Source of the DNA: Hyphomonadaceae bacterium UBA2389
GTDB lineage: Bacteria > Pseudomonadota > Alphaproteobacteria > Caulobacterales > Aquidulcibacteraceae
Direction: 5' to 3'
NCBI GenBank assembly: GCA_002343395.1
Contig: DDSN01000143.1
Location: 2,873-66,872 of the forward strand
Length of the DNA stretch: 64,000 bases
A model generated the notes under the pieces. The model was not told the origin of the DNA and ran no database searches. It saw nothing but the letters and a program-made list of their open reading frames with translations. Below, one piece after another: positions 40,506 to 50,537 of the stretch; positions within the stretch are counted from its first letter, which is position 1; each line of letters begins with the position of its first letter. The translations under genes were made by a program, and so were the position numbers.

Positions 40506-42692
40506 CTAATTTGTGCGCGCGCCGATATGGTCGAATGCCGCCGGCGCGTCCCCCTTAATCGCACGCCCGCGCCCGGAAAGACTCGGATTACGCATGAAAT
40601 AAAGGTGAGCCGAGAATGGCTCGTCCGGTAGTTTTGAAACGTCAACCCGCTTGAAGCCGCCGTCCTGGTCCATGTACCAGCTCTGGGCTTCATCATTCAG
40701 GTTTGCGACCATGATCTGGTCGAGCACCTGTTGATGGACGGTCGGGTTTTCGACCGGGCACATGACCTCCACCCGCCGCTCGAGATTTCGCGGCATCCAG
40801 TCGGCCGAAGTTATGTAAACCTTCGCTTTCGGGTTCGGCAAACGCGCGCCGTTGCCGAAACAAACAATACGTGCGTGTTCGAGAAAGCGCCCCACTATCG
40901 ATTTTACTCGAATGTTCTCGGACAATCCGGGCACGCCTGGGCGCAAGCAACAAATCCCGCGAACTACCAACTCGATTTTCACACCTTCGCCCGACGCGCG
41001 ATACAAAGCGTCGATGATTTCTGGATGCACAAGCGCATTGAGCTTCGCCCAAATGGCGCCGCCGCGTCCCGCTCGTGCGTGCTCGATTTCGTCATCTATT
41101 AGCCGGAGGATCGTCGCCTTCGCGTCGATAGGCGACAAAGCAATCTTCTCAAGCTCCGCGGGACGCGCGTAACCCGTGACGAAATTAAACAACCGGCCTG
41201 CATCGCGCCCGAAGGCCGGATCGCACGTAAACAAGGACAAATCGGTATATACGCGCGCGGTGATCGGATGATAATTGCCCGTCCCGAAGTGGGTGTACGT
41301 GCGCAAGCCGTCGTTTTCGCGCCGCACGACCAAGCTCACCTTGGCGTGAGTTTTGTAATCGATAAAGCCATAGACTACAGAGGCGCCGGCTCGCTCCAAC
41401 GTTTGCGCAAGGCGCAGATTCGCTTCTTCGTCGAAGCGCGCCTTGATCTCAATCAGAGCGGTGACGTTCTTGCCAGCTTCCGCCGCCTGCACCAAGGCGG
41501 CCACGATCGGCGAGTCCTGCGAGGTGCGATAGAGCGTTTGCTTTATCGCGACCACCGCGGGATCAGCGGCCGCTTGCCTCAAAAACTGCACCACTGAGTC
41601 GAAAGACTCGAATGGATGGTGCACGAGCATGTCCTTAGCGCGGATCGCCGCGAAACAATCGCCGCCATGATCTCTGATGCGCTCGGGAAACCGAGGTTCA
41701 TACCGTTCAAATTTCAGGTCCGGACGCCCAATCGCGACGAGTTCCGACAACGCGGAAAGCCCCAGCATGCCCTCGACAACGATCACATCATTCTGATCGG
41801 CCTCAAGTTCGCGGACAATGAATGCGCGCAAGTCCTCGGGCATCTGCGCTTCGATCTTCAGCCGGACAATGTCGCCGAGGCGCCGCTCTTTAAGGCGAGC
41901 CTCGAATTCCCGTACAAGGTCTTCGGCTTCCTCTTGAATTTCAATGTCGCTATCTCTGACCACACGGAAGGCGCCCTGCGCCTCAGCCACATAATCCGGG
42001 AACAATTCGTCAAGGAACATCATAATGGTGTTCTCGAGCGTCACATAGCGACGATCCTTCCTGGCGGACTCGCCGACCTCGGTTTGCGACACCTCGATAA
42101 AACGCGCTACTTGGCTTGGCACTGGTATTAGCGCACTGAGCGCTCGCGCATCGCCGCGTCTTTTTAGTTTAAGCGCAATAGCAAAACCCAGATTGGGAAT
42201 GAACGGGAACGGATGCGCGGGATCCACCGCGAGCGGCGTCAGCAGTGGAAACACCTGCGCCATGAAAAAATCTTTCAACGCGCGCTTGTCCGCTGCATCG
42301 AGTTCATCAGGGTCAAGCACCGAAACGCCCTTCTGGCGCAAACGCGCGCGCAGGGCGCGCCAGCGCTCTTGCTGCCGCGCGATCAATTCGTTGGCTGCGG
42401 CATGCACGCGCGCCAATTGTTCCGCTGGCGTCAGGCCATCCTGACTCAAGGTCGACACCCGGGCCTTCACCTGCTCGTGAAGTCCCGCGACCCGCACCAT
42501 GTAAAACTCATCGAGGTTGTTCGCTGAAATCGACAAGAATCGGAGCTGTTCAAGCAGAGGGTGCTTCTCGTTCTCGGCTTCCTCAAGGACGCGCGTATTG
42601 AAGGCGAGCCAGCTGAGCTCGCGGTTAATGAAGCGCGCCGGACTCTTCCCCAACGGCGCGTTACTCGCGCGCTTTCTGCGCGTCTTGGTCAT
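40506..42692 (-). CDS. ppk1: Polyphosphate kinase 1
   Basis: [51 protein letters not shown]. Confidence 0.97.
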   Translation of the reverse strand: MTKTRRKRASNAPLGKSPARFINRELSWLAFNTRVLEEAENEKHPLLEQLRFLSISANNLDEFYMVRVAGLHEQVKARVSTLSQDGLTPAEQLARVHAAANELIARQQERWRALRARLRQKGVSVLDPDELDAADKRALKDFFMAQVFPLLTPLAVDPAHPFPFIPNLGFAIALKLKRRGDARALSALIPVPSQVARFIEVSQTEVGESARKDRRYVTLENTIMMFLDELFPDYVAEAQGAFRVVRDSDIEIQEEAEDLVREFEARLKERRLGDIVRLKIEAQMPEDLRAFIVRELEADQNDVIVVEGMLGLSALSELVAIGRPDLKFERYEPRFPERIRDHGGDCFAAIRAKDMLVHHPFESFDSVVQFLRQAAADPAVVAIKQTLYRTSQDSPIVAALVQAAEAGKNVTALIEIKARFDEEANLRLAQTLERAGASVVYGFIDYKTHAKVSLVVRRENDGLRTYTHFGTGNYHPITARVYTDLSLFTCDPAFGRDAGRLFNFVTGYARPAELEKIALSPIDAKATILRLIDDEIEHARAGRGGAIWAKLNALVHPEIIDALYRASGEGVKIELVVRGICCLRPGVPGLSENIRVKSIVGRFLEHARIVCFGNGARLPNPKAKVYITSADWMPRNLERRVEVMCPVENPTVHQQVLDQIMVANLNDEAQSWYMDQDGGFKRVDVSKLPDEPFSAHLYFMRNPSLSGRGRAIKGDAPAAFDHIGARTN

Positions 42693-42695
42693 TTC

Positions 42696-43379
42696 TTAAC
42701 CCTCTCCGTCACCCCACCACGCCTGCATTTTTTGCAGCGCGCGTTTGGCGATTGCCAACGACACCGGTTTCGCCCCGCGAACAAGGCCAGTTTCCAATGC
42801 CTCCACCCACGCCCTTGCCGCCGCGAACGTGCGCGGCAACCGCCTGGCGAGGTACTTGGCCGCATCATCACTCAAGAGAATGAATTGTTCGCGACAAATT
42901 CGACGCAAAATCACTTCCATGAGCGCTTCATCGGGTTCGCCGAGGCGAGCTACCGGCAACGCCGCGAGGCGGGATCGCAGGTCCGGGGAGGTTGCGCTCC
43001 ACGCCGCCGGCGGTTGATCGCCGGTTAACAACACCGCACCGCCCTCCGCCCGCGCGCGATCAAGAAGCCGCCAAAGCAGCCCCCCATCTGCCATGGACGC
43101 GTCATCTATGACGATGCGCCCATGCGCATCATCGAAAATGTCATTGGCGCAGACAAGGTCAGCACCGCCGTCAACCTGCCGTGCGCCGGCCTCAAGCGCC
43201 CAAGCCAGAGCGATATGCGTCTTTCCTGATCCTTGCGGCCCCACGAGGGCTAAAGCCCCCCCCGGCCAATTGCGCCAATCCGTCAGCAAACGCGCCGCGT
43301 CCCTGTTCGCCTCCGCTACCACTAACGTGTCGGGCGAGCGCTCGCCCATGCGGAATTCAAACAACCGCGGGTGCTGCAT
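42696..43379 (-). CDS. hdaA: DnaA regulatory inactivator HdaA
   Basis: N-terminal clamp-motif-like PRLFEF, GPQGSGKTH, PDLRSRL; purM-proximal synteny. Confidence 0.8.
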   Translation of the reverse strand: MQHPRLFEFRMGERSPDTLVVAEANRDAARLLTDWRNWPGGALALVGPQGSGKTHIALAWALEAGARQVDGGADLVCANDIFDDAHGRIVIDDASMADGGLLWRLLDRARAEGGAVLLTGDQPPAAWSATSPDLRSRLAALPVARLGEPDEALMEVILRRICREQFILLSDDAAKYLARRLPRTFAAARAWVEALETGLVRGAKPVSLAIAKRALQKMQAWWGDGEG

Positions 43380-43390
43380 GGCGAACGGCG

Positions 43391-44464
43391 CTATCTCCCG
43401 CTCGCGCGAAGAGTGGGTCCGTAAGCGCTACGGTCCAGGCTCACGCCGCGGCGTGCGAGTTCCGCCGCCAGTTGCGTCTCGTCCCCTACAAACGCAAAGG
43501 ATACAAGCGCGCCTTGGGTGCCAACCGCCTCGATCCGAATCTCGGAGATGATGGTCGCGGCAGCTCCTTCAAGCGCATCCTTGATACGCTCCCATTGTCT
43601 CTGATCGGCATAGATCGCAGACGCCGACATGCGCGAGCGCTGACCGCTGCCTGTCGCCAAGCGCGCCTTCCAGTCATTCTGAATGCGCGCGTTCGCCTGC
43701 TCCGCGAGCGACGCGAGCGCAGCGCGCAACGCACCCGCATCAGCGCCATTGATCCGCGCCGTCACCTCGCCGCGATCGCGGCGCGCGTTCGAGTCAACCT
43801 CGGTGAGCGTGGCGGTCGCGGTTTGACCTTGGACGCGCAACGCCGCGAACAGCGCTGACGCGGCCCCAGCGCTCTGCGCGGCTGCTTGCGCGGCGGGCCA
43901 ACCTGCAGCGCCTTGCACGGTTTCCGGCGCAGTCGCGAGCGGGGCGAGTTCGTCGCCAAAGCCGCCCTGCGTCCACACCTGTCGCCACGTCGCAAGTGTT
44001 TCGGGAGGAGTATCTGGCGCCGCCGTCGGCGCCACCAAGACCGGTGAGGTACGCGTGTCGACTACCGTCAGATTGTTCTGGCGCAACAGCGTGCGAATGC
44101 TGGACGGATCAAAGCGAACCGTAAGGCGCCCGATATAGCGGGTGCCAGAGCGGCGCTCCTCCTCGACGTCTACGCTTAACACCAGCCGATCAAGCGCGGC
44201 TGCGTCGACTTGTGGGGGGCCGCCACGGGCGGTCAGCTCCTGAGGGACGGTGAGACGACGCACCAAGCGCTCGTAGCCTTGCCGCTGAGCCGCCGCGAAA
44301 CCCGCCTCACGCGCGGCCGCAGCGTTCGCCGCGGTCTCGTCAACCGCCACACCGCCCACGGCATAGACGTTGTCGCGGGTCTGGGCGCTGGCCTCCGCAG
44401 GCGCCAGAGCGCACAAAGCGCCCAGAAAAAGGGCGGTGAACGCGGCCTTGAGCATGCCTCTCAT
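43391..44464 (-). CDS. Secreted DUF2066-like protein
   Basis: Signal peptide, VAVDETA..AAAARE, RYIGRLTVRFDP; divergent from purM; alternative start 44455. Confidence 0.65.
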   Translation of the reverse strand: MRGMLKAAFTALFLGALCALAPAEASAQTRDNVYAVGGVAVDETAANAAAAREAGFAAAQRQGYERLVRRLTVPQELTARGGPPQVDAAALDRLVLSVDVEEERRSGTRYIGRLTVRFDPSSIRTLLRQNNLTVVDTRTSPVLVAPTAAPDTPPETLATWRQVWTQGGFGDELAPLATAPETVQGAAGWPAAQAAAQSAGAASALFAALRVQGQTATATLTEVDSNARRDRGEVTARINGADAGALRAALASLAEQANARIQNDWKARLATGSGQRSRMSASAIYADQRQWERIKDALEGAAATIISEIRIEAVGTQGALVSFAFVGDETQLAAELARRGVSLDRSAYGPTLRASGR

Positions 44465-44547
44465 TGCGGAACCTCGATGTGCGCTGCTAGGCCGACCCTA
44501 GCCGGCGCGGAATCGCCGATCAATGTGGCGGCTTGTGGACTCATGAA

Positions 44548-45573
44548 ATGACCAATCCCACCAATGGCCTGACTTACGCCCAAGCCGGGGTTGATATCGA
44601 CGAAGGCGAGCGGCTGGTCGAACTGATCAAGCCGGCCGCCCGATCCACCGCCCGACCGGGTGCGGCGGCCGCTCTGGGCGGATTCGCGGCAGTCTTCGAC
44701 CCCAAAGCCGCGGGTTTCAGGGACCCGATCTTCCTGGCCACGACGGATGGGGTCGGCACCAAGCTCAAAATCGCCATCGAGAGCGGCCGCCACGAAACGG
44801 TGGGGATCGATCTTGTCGCCATGTGCGTCAACGACCTTTCCGCCCAGGGGGCTGAGCCGCTGATGTTTTTGGACTACTACGCGACTGGCAAGCTCAACGC
44901 CGACCAGGCCGCCGAGGTCGTGCATGGCATCGCCGAAGGCTGCCGGCAGGCGGGGGCAGCGCTCGCGGGCGGCGAGACGGCGGAAATGCCGGGCATGTAC
45001 GGCAAGGGCGACTACGACCTCGCCGGCTTCGCCATAGGCGCCGCTGAACGCGGGACGCTTCTGCCGCATGTGAATGAGATGCAGGCGGGCGACGCGATCA
45101 TCGGCATCGCATCGAGCGGCCCGCATTCCAACGGCTATTCGCTGGTGCGCAAGATCGTCGAGCGCAGCGGAATTGGTTGGGAGGAACCCGCGCCGTTTGA
45201 AACTGGCAAGACGTTGGCCGAGGCACTGCTCTCGCCGACGCGCATTTACGCCAAAGCGCTGAAGCCCGTATTCGACGCCAAACTCGCGAAGGGCGCCGCC
45301 CATATCACCGGCGGCGGTCTGATCGAGAACACGCCGCGCGCGCTGCCCGATCACCTGGCGGCGAGTTTTGATTGGAACGCGTGGAAGCGCCCTGCCGTGT
45401 TTGAGTGGCTGCAATCTGTTGGCGGCGTGCCCGAAGAGGACATGCGCCGCACATTCAATCTTGGCATTGGTTTCGTGCTGATCTCAGCACCCGAACACGC
45501 GGCGCGCGTCATCGCGTCGCTCGCTCACAACGGCGAGCACGCGGTCAAAATTGGCGTGTTGAAGCCCGCGTGA
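44548..45573 (+). CDS. purM: Phosphoribosylformylglycinamidine cyclo-ligase
   Basis: [42 protein letters not shown]. Confidence 0.97.
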   Translation: MTNPTNGLTYAQAGVDIDEGERLVELIKPAARSTARPGAAAALGGFAAVFDPKAAGFRDPIFLATTDGVGTKLKIAIESGRHETVGIDLVAMCVNDLSAQGAEPLMFLDYYATGKLNADQAAEVVHGIAEGCRQAGAALAGGETAEMPGMYGKGDYDLAGFAIGAAERGTLLPHVNEMQAGDAIIGIASSGPHSNGYSLVRKIVERSGIGWEEPAPFETGKTLAEALLSPTRIYAKALKPVFDAKLAKGAAHITGGGLIENTPRALPDHLAASFDWNAWKRPAVFEWLQSVGGVPEEDMRRTFNLGIGFVLISAPEHAARVIASLAHNGEHAVKIGVLKPA

Positions 45574-46136
45574 AAAAACGGACCGCAATACTCATTTCCG
45601 GGCGCGGATCGAACATGCGCGCGTTGATCGAGGCCAACCAAGATGCGTATGAAGTCGTCCTGGTCATCTCCAACCGACCCGACGCCGAAGGCCTGGGTCT
45701 CGCACGCGCCCTAGGCGTCGAAGCGCTCGCCCTCGATCACAAATCCTTCGGCAAAGACCGCGAGGCGTTTGAACGAGAAATGGACGCCATTCTGCGGGCG
45801 CGCGGAATCGAACTCGTGGCGCTCGCTGGCTTCATGCGTGTTTTAACGCCCTTCTTTGTGCGCGCCTGGGCGGGGCGTCTCGTCAACATCCACCCTTCGC
45901 TGTTACCCAAATTTCCAGGCACGGAGACCCATGCGCGCGCCTTGGCGGCAGGGGAGAACGAACACGGCTGCACCGTGCATTTGGTGGTCGAAGAGGTCGA
46001 CGCCGGCGAGATCATCGGTCAAGCGAAGATGCCTGTTCTGCACGGCGATACGCAGGAGATGCTGGCAAGGCGTGTGTTGGCTCTAGAACACGAGCTCTAT
46101 CCGCGTTGCCTCGCGCAAGTTGCGCGGAAGCTCTGA
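45570..46136 (+). CDS. purN: Phosphoribosylglycinamide formyltransferase
   Basis: GTG overlapping purM stop; [29 protein letters not shown]. Confidence 0.96.
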   Translation: MKKRTAILISGRGSNMRALIEANQDAYEVVLVISNRPDAEGLGLARALGVEALALDHKSFGKDREAFEREMDAILRARGIELVALAGFMRVLTPFFVRAWAGRLVNIHPSLLPKFPGTETHARALAAGENEHGCTVHLVVEEVDAGEIIGQAKMPVLHGDTQEMLARRVLALEHELYPRCLAQVARKL

Positions 46137-46274
46137 TGCTCCGCGAGCGCAGCGCGTACGGCAATCGTTCCGCTTGGGCGCAAACTCACAGCACGACCTA
46201 GGCACGACGTCCGCTTCTGGCGAGACGACTAAACCGCGCAAGGCTATATCTCAGCAAAACGAGGAGAATGACCC

Positions 46275-47084
46275 ATGGCTGAACGCGACTACGTGCTCGG
46301 CACCCATGACGACGAAATCTACCGCCTTGGTTTTCAACACCGCGTCTGGCGCCCGCGCGCGCTCGACGCCTGGACGCGCGCGCGCATCGGCGATGGCTCC
46401 AAGGTGATCGATTTTGGCGCGGGCCCCGGCTTCGCCACCATGGACCTCGCCGAGATCGTGGGGCCCCACGGAAAGGTGTATGCGCTGGAGCGCTCCCGGC
46501 GCTTCCTCGACACCCTGGAGGCGCAGGCCATGGCGCGCGGCTTCGCCCAGGTCGCGCCGCACGAGATCGACGTCACAACGGACGCGATCCCAGTCACGGA
46601 CGCCGACGCTGCCTGGGTGCGCTGGGTGTTCGCGTTCTTGCCTGACCCGAAGGCGGCGCTGAAAAAACTAGTGGGCGCCCTGCGCCCGGGCGGCGCGCTC
46701 GTGGTGCATGAGTACATCGATTACCAGACGTGGCGGCTCTCGCCGCGCGCGCCAAATTTCGAACGGTTCGTGGAGGAGGTCGTCGCCAATTGGCGCGGCT
46801 CAGGCGGCGAACCGGATATCGGACGCAACCTGCCCGCTTGGCTTATTGAACTCGGCCTAAAACTCGAGAGCTTTAAGCCCCACGTCGACATCGTCTCCAA
46901 GGATGACAATGTGTGGCGCTGGCCGATTGGGTTCTTCGATATCCACATCGATCGCTTGCTTGAGCTCAACCGCATCACGTCGGAGACCGCACGCGACATG
47001 CGCGAAGAGTTCGCGCGCGTCTCCGCTCAACCTGGCACCTTGATGGTGACGCCGCTTGTGATCGAGATCATTGCCCGAAAATAA
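46275..47084 (+). CDS. Class I SAM-dependent methyltransferase
   Basis: YVLG...EI.RL..Q N-terminus, VIDFGAGPG, LRPGG; GAGGAG RBS. Confidence 0.85.
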   Translation: MAERDYVLGTHDDEIYRLGFQHRVWRPRALDAWTRARIGDGSKVIDFGAGPGFATMDLAEIVGPHGKVYALERSRRFLDTLEAQAMARGFAQVAPHEIDVTTDAIPVTDADAAWVRWVFAFLPDPKAALKKLVGALRPGGALVVHEYIDYQTWRLSPRAPNFERFVEEVVANWRGSGGEPDIGRNLPAWLIELGLKLESFKPHVDIVSKDDNVWRWPIGFFDIHIDRLLELNRITSETARDMREEFARVSAQPGTLMVTPLVIEIIARK

Positions 47085-47140
47085 ACGTGATCGCAGTGTC
47101 GGCTTGCATGCGTCGCGCCGCGACTTTGGAGAAATTTCCC

Positions 47141-47257
47141 ATGGCCGAAAAGAACACCACGCAGAAGCCCGCGCCCGGCAAGAAGCCGGTTCCCGGCGGT
47201 AAAGACGCCAAGCCTGTCGGCAAAGCCGAAGGCAAAGGCGGCGGCGGGAAGAAGTGA
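47141..47257 (+). CDS. Putative 38-aa Lys/Gly/Pro-rich small protein (not in ORF track)
   Basis: GGAGA RBS, ATG, GC3-rich codons; MAEKNTTQKPAPGKKPVPGGKDAKPVGKAEGKGGGGKK; followed by a hairpin. Confidence 0.6.
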   Translation: MAEKNTTQKPAPGKKPVPGGKDAKPVGKAEGKGGGGKK

Positions 47258-47266
47258 CCTAGCCAG

Positions 47267-47291
47267 GCGGGGAGCGATAAGCGCTCCCCGC
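47267..47291. terminator. Terminator-like hairpin between the small ORF and ndk
   Basis: GCGGGGAGCG-ATAAG-CGCTCCCCGC perfect 10-bp stem between convergent genes; weak U-tracts. Confidence 0.65.
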
Positions 47292-47303
47292 ATCTTGCGT
47301 CTG

Positions 47304-47726
47304 TTAGCCTACGATCTCTTGGTCGTTGAAGAAAAAGGCAATCTCGCGTTCCGCGTTCTCCAGACTGTCCGAGCCGTGAACGGAGTTTGCTTCGATCGAT
47401 TCTGCGAACATCTTGCGGATCGTGCCTTCCGCCGCGTTCGCTGGATTGGTGGCACCCATAACGTCGCGATACTTGGCGACCGCGCTTTCACCTTCCAGCA
47501 CCTGCACCACGACAGGTCCCGAGATCATGAATGTGACCAAATCACGAAAGAATGGCCGCTCCTTGTGAACGGCGTAGAAGCCCTCGGCCTGGCCCTCCGA
47601 CATCCAAAGCCGTTTTTGCCCCACAATGCGCAGACCTGCTTTCTCGATCACCGCGTTGATCGCGCCGGTAAGATTGCGCTTGGTCGCGTCCGGCTTGAGG
47701 ATCGAGAGTGTACGTTCGACGGCCAT
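47304..47726 (-). CDS. ndk: Nucleoside diphosphate kinase
   Basis: [34 protein letters not shown]. Confidence 0.98.
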   Translation of the reverse strand: MAVERTLSILKPDATKRNLTGAINAVIEKAGLRIVGQKRLWMSEGQAEGFYAVHKERPFFRDLVTFMISGPVVVQVLEGESAVAKYRDVMGATNPANAAEGTIRKMFAESIEANSVHGSDSLENAEREIAFFFNDQEIVG

Positions 47727-47769
47727 GAATTTTCGGGCTCCGGCAGGGAATAGAAATCAGGGAGCGCGG

Positions 47770-47798
47770 TCTATAGCTGCACCGCAGCATCGAGCCAA
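47770..47798 (-). promoter_or_regulatory. Putative ndk promoter containing a PhaR-type palindrome
   Basis: Minus strand TTGGCT-N17-TATAGA; spacer holds GCTGC-ACC-GCAGC (47776-47788). Confidence 0.5.
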
Positions 47799-47829
47799 GT
47801 GCGTCAGAACCGCCGCGAGAATTCGAGTT

Positions 47830-48126
47830 CTAAAAACAACTCAATGACGAAACGTTGCCGTCCATATCAACAATGATGTTGAGCCGCTCAGGCCGAAAAT
47901 CCTCGGTCACCATGGTTTCGGGCGTAATGATGCGCGCGCCCACCGGCAATGTTGTCTGATCGATCTGGGCAGCAGGGGCCCCCAACAGGAACTCGAAGGC
48001 CGACGCACCGCAAATGTCCTGGCGCGTCGCCTCTTCCGCCGTTTCGGGCGGCGGATCGCCAGTCGGTTGTTGTGGCGAACACGCGATGACGCCCAGCGCA
48101 ACCGCAGCCATTGCGAAAAACCGCAT
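47830..48126 (-). CDS. Peptidase inhibitor I78 family lipoprotein
   Basis: Lipobox VIAC, D.CGA, RII.P..MVTEDFRPERLNI, terminal SC. Confidence 0.85.
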   Translation of the reverse strand: MRFFAMAAVALGVIACSPQQPTGDPPPETAEEATRQDICGASAFEFLLGAPAAQIDQTTLPVGARIITPETMVTEDFRPERLNIIVDMDGNVSSLSCF

Positions 48127-48135
48127 CCTGTCCTC

Positions 48136-48456
48136 CTACCCGCAACTCAAGCGCTCGACCTTGCCGTCACGGTCAAGATGCACGTTAAGCCTCTGAGCGC
48201 TGTAGTCCATTGTCACGACACAGTTAAAGCAAATCACGCGCGCGCCCTGCGGGAGGGCTGACCGATCAATACACGCGCCATCAGCTCCAACCAAACTCTG
48301 ATGCGCCGCCATCTGGCACGTATCCGGCGGGGGGCGCTCTATAGCATCGCGTTGTTGCTGATTGGCCAAGCGCTCGAGATCGCGATAGGTGGCCTGCTGC
48401 GGACCACAGGCAGACCCCAGCAGCACGAAACTCGCGAGCATCATCCATTTTCTCAT
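48136..48456 (-). CDS. Peptidase inhibitor I78 family lipoprotein (paralog)
   Basis: Lipobox GSAC, DTC, VTMDYSAQRLNV, terminal SCG; ATG 48456 overlaps holC stop. Confidence 0.85.
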   Translation of the reverse strand: MRKWMMLASFVLLGSACGPQQATYRDLERLANQQQRDAIERPPPDTCQMAAHQSLVGADGACIDRSALPQGARVICFNCVVTMDYSAQRLNVHLDRDGKVERLSCG

Positions 48457-48896
48457 GCTTGCTTCTCCCATCGACCCGCGCTGTTCTCCCTCCAATAGGA
48501 CGCCTCAACGCCAAGCGCCTTGGCTTCTTTCCAACGCCGCCGCGCCGCGCCTAAGGCGGTTTCGTCACGACCGTCGAACAACAAGCAGGCGCGCTCAAAA
48601 CCTTCGAGATCGCCAGGCTCGGCGCCGTCGACCAAAAACAAAGCATGCGCGCCATTTGGGTTGCCAGCATCAAGCGTCAGCCACACCGGTTGGCGGGTCG
48701 GGTCGCCGTCGCGCGCGTGCGGCACGAAACTGTCGTCGCGAAACGTCCAGATCGCTTCGTCGAGATGCGCCAAACGTTCCAGCGACCCCGCACGAACAAG
48801 GGCACGCCAGCCGCGCTGCAAGCACTTCTCCAAAAGCGGCGGCAGCGCCCGTTCCAACTCTGATCGTTCAAGATGATAGAACCAAAGCTCCGCCAT
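48453..48896 (-). CDS. holC: DNA polymerase III chi subunit
   Basis: FYHL, LPPLLEK, LDEAIWTF..DSFVPH, AR.RWK; downstream of pepA. Confidence 0.93.
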   Translation of the reverse strand: MAELWFYHLERSELERALPPLLEKCLQRGWRALVRAGSLERLAHLDEAIWTFRDDSFVPHARDGDPTRQPVWLTLDAGNPNGAHALFLVDGAEPGDLEGFERACLLFDGRDETALGAARRRWKEAKALGVEASYWRENSAGRWEKQA

Positions 48897-50389
48897 CAGT
48901 CCTCGTATCGGCTCGCAATCAGGCGGTTCAGCAGACGAACCCCATATCCAGTCGCCCAGGCAGGGGAAAGTGGATCCTCATAAGGACCAGGTTTTGAGGC
49001 TGTTCCGGCTATGTCGATATGCGCCCAGGGCACGCCATCCCTGACAAACCGCTTGATAAATTGCGCACCGACGATCGACCCCGCGGCGGGCTTGCCGGAG
49101 ATGTTCTTCATGTCCGCGTTGGGGCTGTCGATCATCTTGTCGTATCCGGCGCCCAGCGGCAATCGCCATACCGGCTCTCCTTCGCTTTGCCCCGCCGCGA
49201 CTATGGCATTGGCGAGATCTTCGTCATTCGCGAAAAGACCCGCATGATCATGTCCCAGCGCCACGATTACAGCGCCAGTCAATGTCGCGAGATCAATGAC
49301 AGCGGAGGGATCAAACTTATCCTGCGCATACCACACTGCATCCGCGAGAATAAGCCGGCCTTCCGCGTCAGTGTTTAACACTTCAATTGTCTGACCCGAC
49401 ATTGTGTGGACAATGTCGCCCGGCCGTTGCGCATTGGCGCCTGGCATGTTCTCGACCAGCGCGACCACGCCCACAACATTAGCTTTGGCTTTCCGCGTCG
49501 CGATCGCCTTCAGGGCGCCGGCGACTGCCGCAGCGCCGCCCATGTCGCCCTTCATCTCATCCATCGCCGCTGCTGGCTTGATCGAGATGCCGCCGGTATC
49601 GAAGGTAACGCCCTTGCCGACGAGCGCGATAGGCTTGCCGCCTTTCGCCGACGAGCCTGACCACTTCATGGTGACAAGCCGCGCCGGGCGCGCAGAACCT
49701 TGCGCAACGCCGAGGAGAGCGCCCATGCCGAGTTTCTCCATGGTCGGAACATCAAGCACGTCCACTTCGACGCCGAGCGTTTCCAGGTCGCGCAGCCGCT
49801 CAGCAAAACTCTCGGGATACAAAACGTTCGCTGGCTCACTCACCAAGTCTCGGGCGAAATACACGCCATCGACGATCGCGCTGTCCTTCTCCGCGCGCGC
49901 GCGCGCGGCAGCCGTTCCATCCATCATGATTTCGACCGCAGCGAGGCTGGCGGTCTGTTCAGGCTTCATCTTCGTGCGGTATGCATCGAAACGATAAGAG
50001 GCGAGGCGCGCGCCCATGGCCGCATGCGCGCCGGCCTCCGCCTTCGATACATTAGGCAGCGCGTCCGGCTGCAGCACCAACTTCTCCGCACCCGACGTTA
50101 TTGTGCGCCGAACCGCGTGGCCCGCCCAGCGTTCCACCGCCATACTGTCCGCGCTCTCCGGCTTGCCGACCCCGATCACCAGGATGCGCGAGAACTCGAC
50201 GCCCTCGGGCGCCAAAACGTCGATGGCCGATCCCAAGCCGCCTGTGAACCGAACCGCCTTCATGGCCTTGGCGATCCTCCCGCCGGTCGCCGCGTCTAGA
50301 GCCTGCGCCGCGGGCAGGAGTTGCCCGCCCTCACCGGCCATCACGGCAACCACATCCCCGCCGCCGGCGGTCACAAATCGAACGTCCAT
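48896..50389 (-). CDS. pepA: Leucyl aminopeptidase (M17)
   Basis: VGKGVTFDTGG, MKGDMGGAA, NTDAEGRL, ATLTGA, HIDIAG; ATG 50389. Confidence 0.96.
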   Translation of the reverse strand: MDVRFVTAGGGDVVAVMAGEGGQLLPAAQALDAATGGRIAKAMKAVRFTGGLGSAIDVLAPEGVEFSRILVIGVGKPESADSMAVERWAGHAVRRTITSGAEKLVLQPDALPNVSKAEAGAHAAMGARLASYRFDAYRTKMKPEQTASLAAVEIMMDGTAAARARAEKDSAIVDGVYFARDLVSEPANVLYPESFAERLRDLETLGVEVDVLDVPTMEKLGMGALLGVAQGSARPARLVTMKWSGSSAKGGKPIALVGKGVTFDTGGISIKPAAAMDEMKGDMGGAAAVAGALKAIATRKAKANVVGVVALVENMPGANAQRPGDIVHTMSGQTIEVLNTDAEGRLILADAVWYAQDKFDPSAVIDLATLTGAVIVALGHDHAGLFANDEDLANAIVAAGQSEGEPVWRLPLGAGYDKMIDSPNADMKNISGKPAAGSIVGAQFIKRFVRDGVPWAHIDIAGTASKPGPYEDPLSPAWATGYGVRLLNRLIASRYED

Positions 50390-50537
50390 GGAATCTCTTA
50401 CCTCTGAGCACGTGACGGGCGCATCGCCCCGCTTCAAGCCTGATCGTCGCAGTGGTAGCCATGCCGAGCGCCATTGAAAAGCTGACCAATGCGGTTAGGG
50501 AAACGACCTGGACGGTGTCGCTAGGCGAAGGGATGCG

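Noticed and set aside
44533-44544. DnaA-box-like TGTGGACTCA upstream of the hdaA-containing operon
   Set aside because: Too many mismatches to TTATCCACA and a single copy
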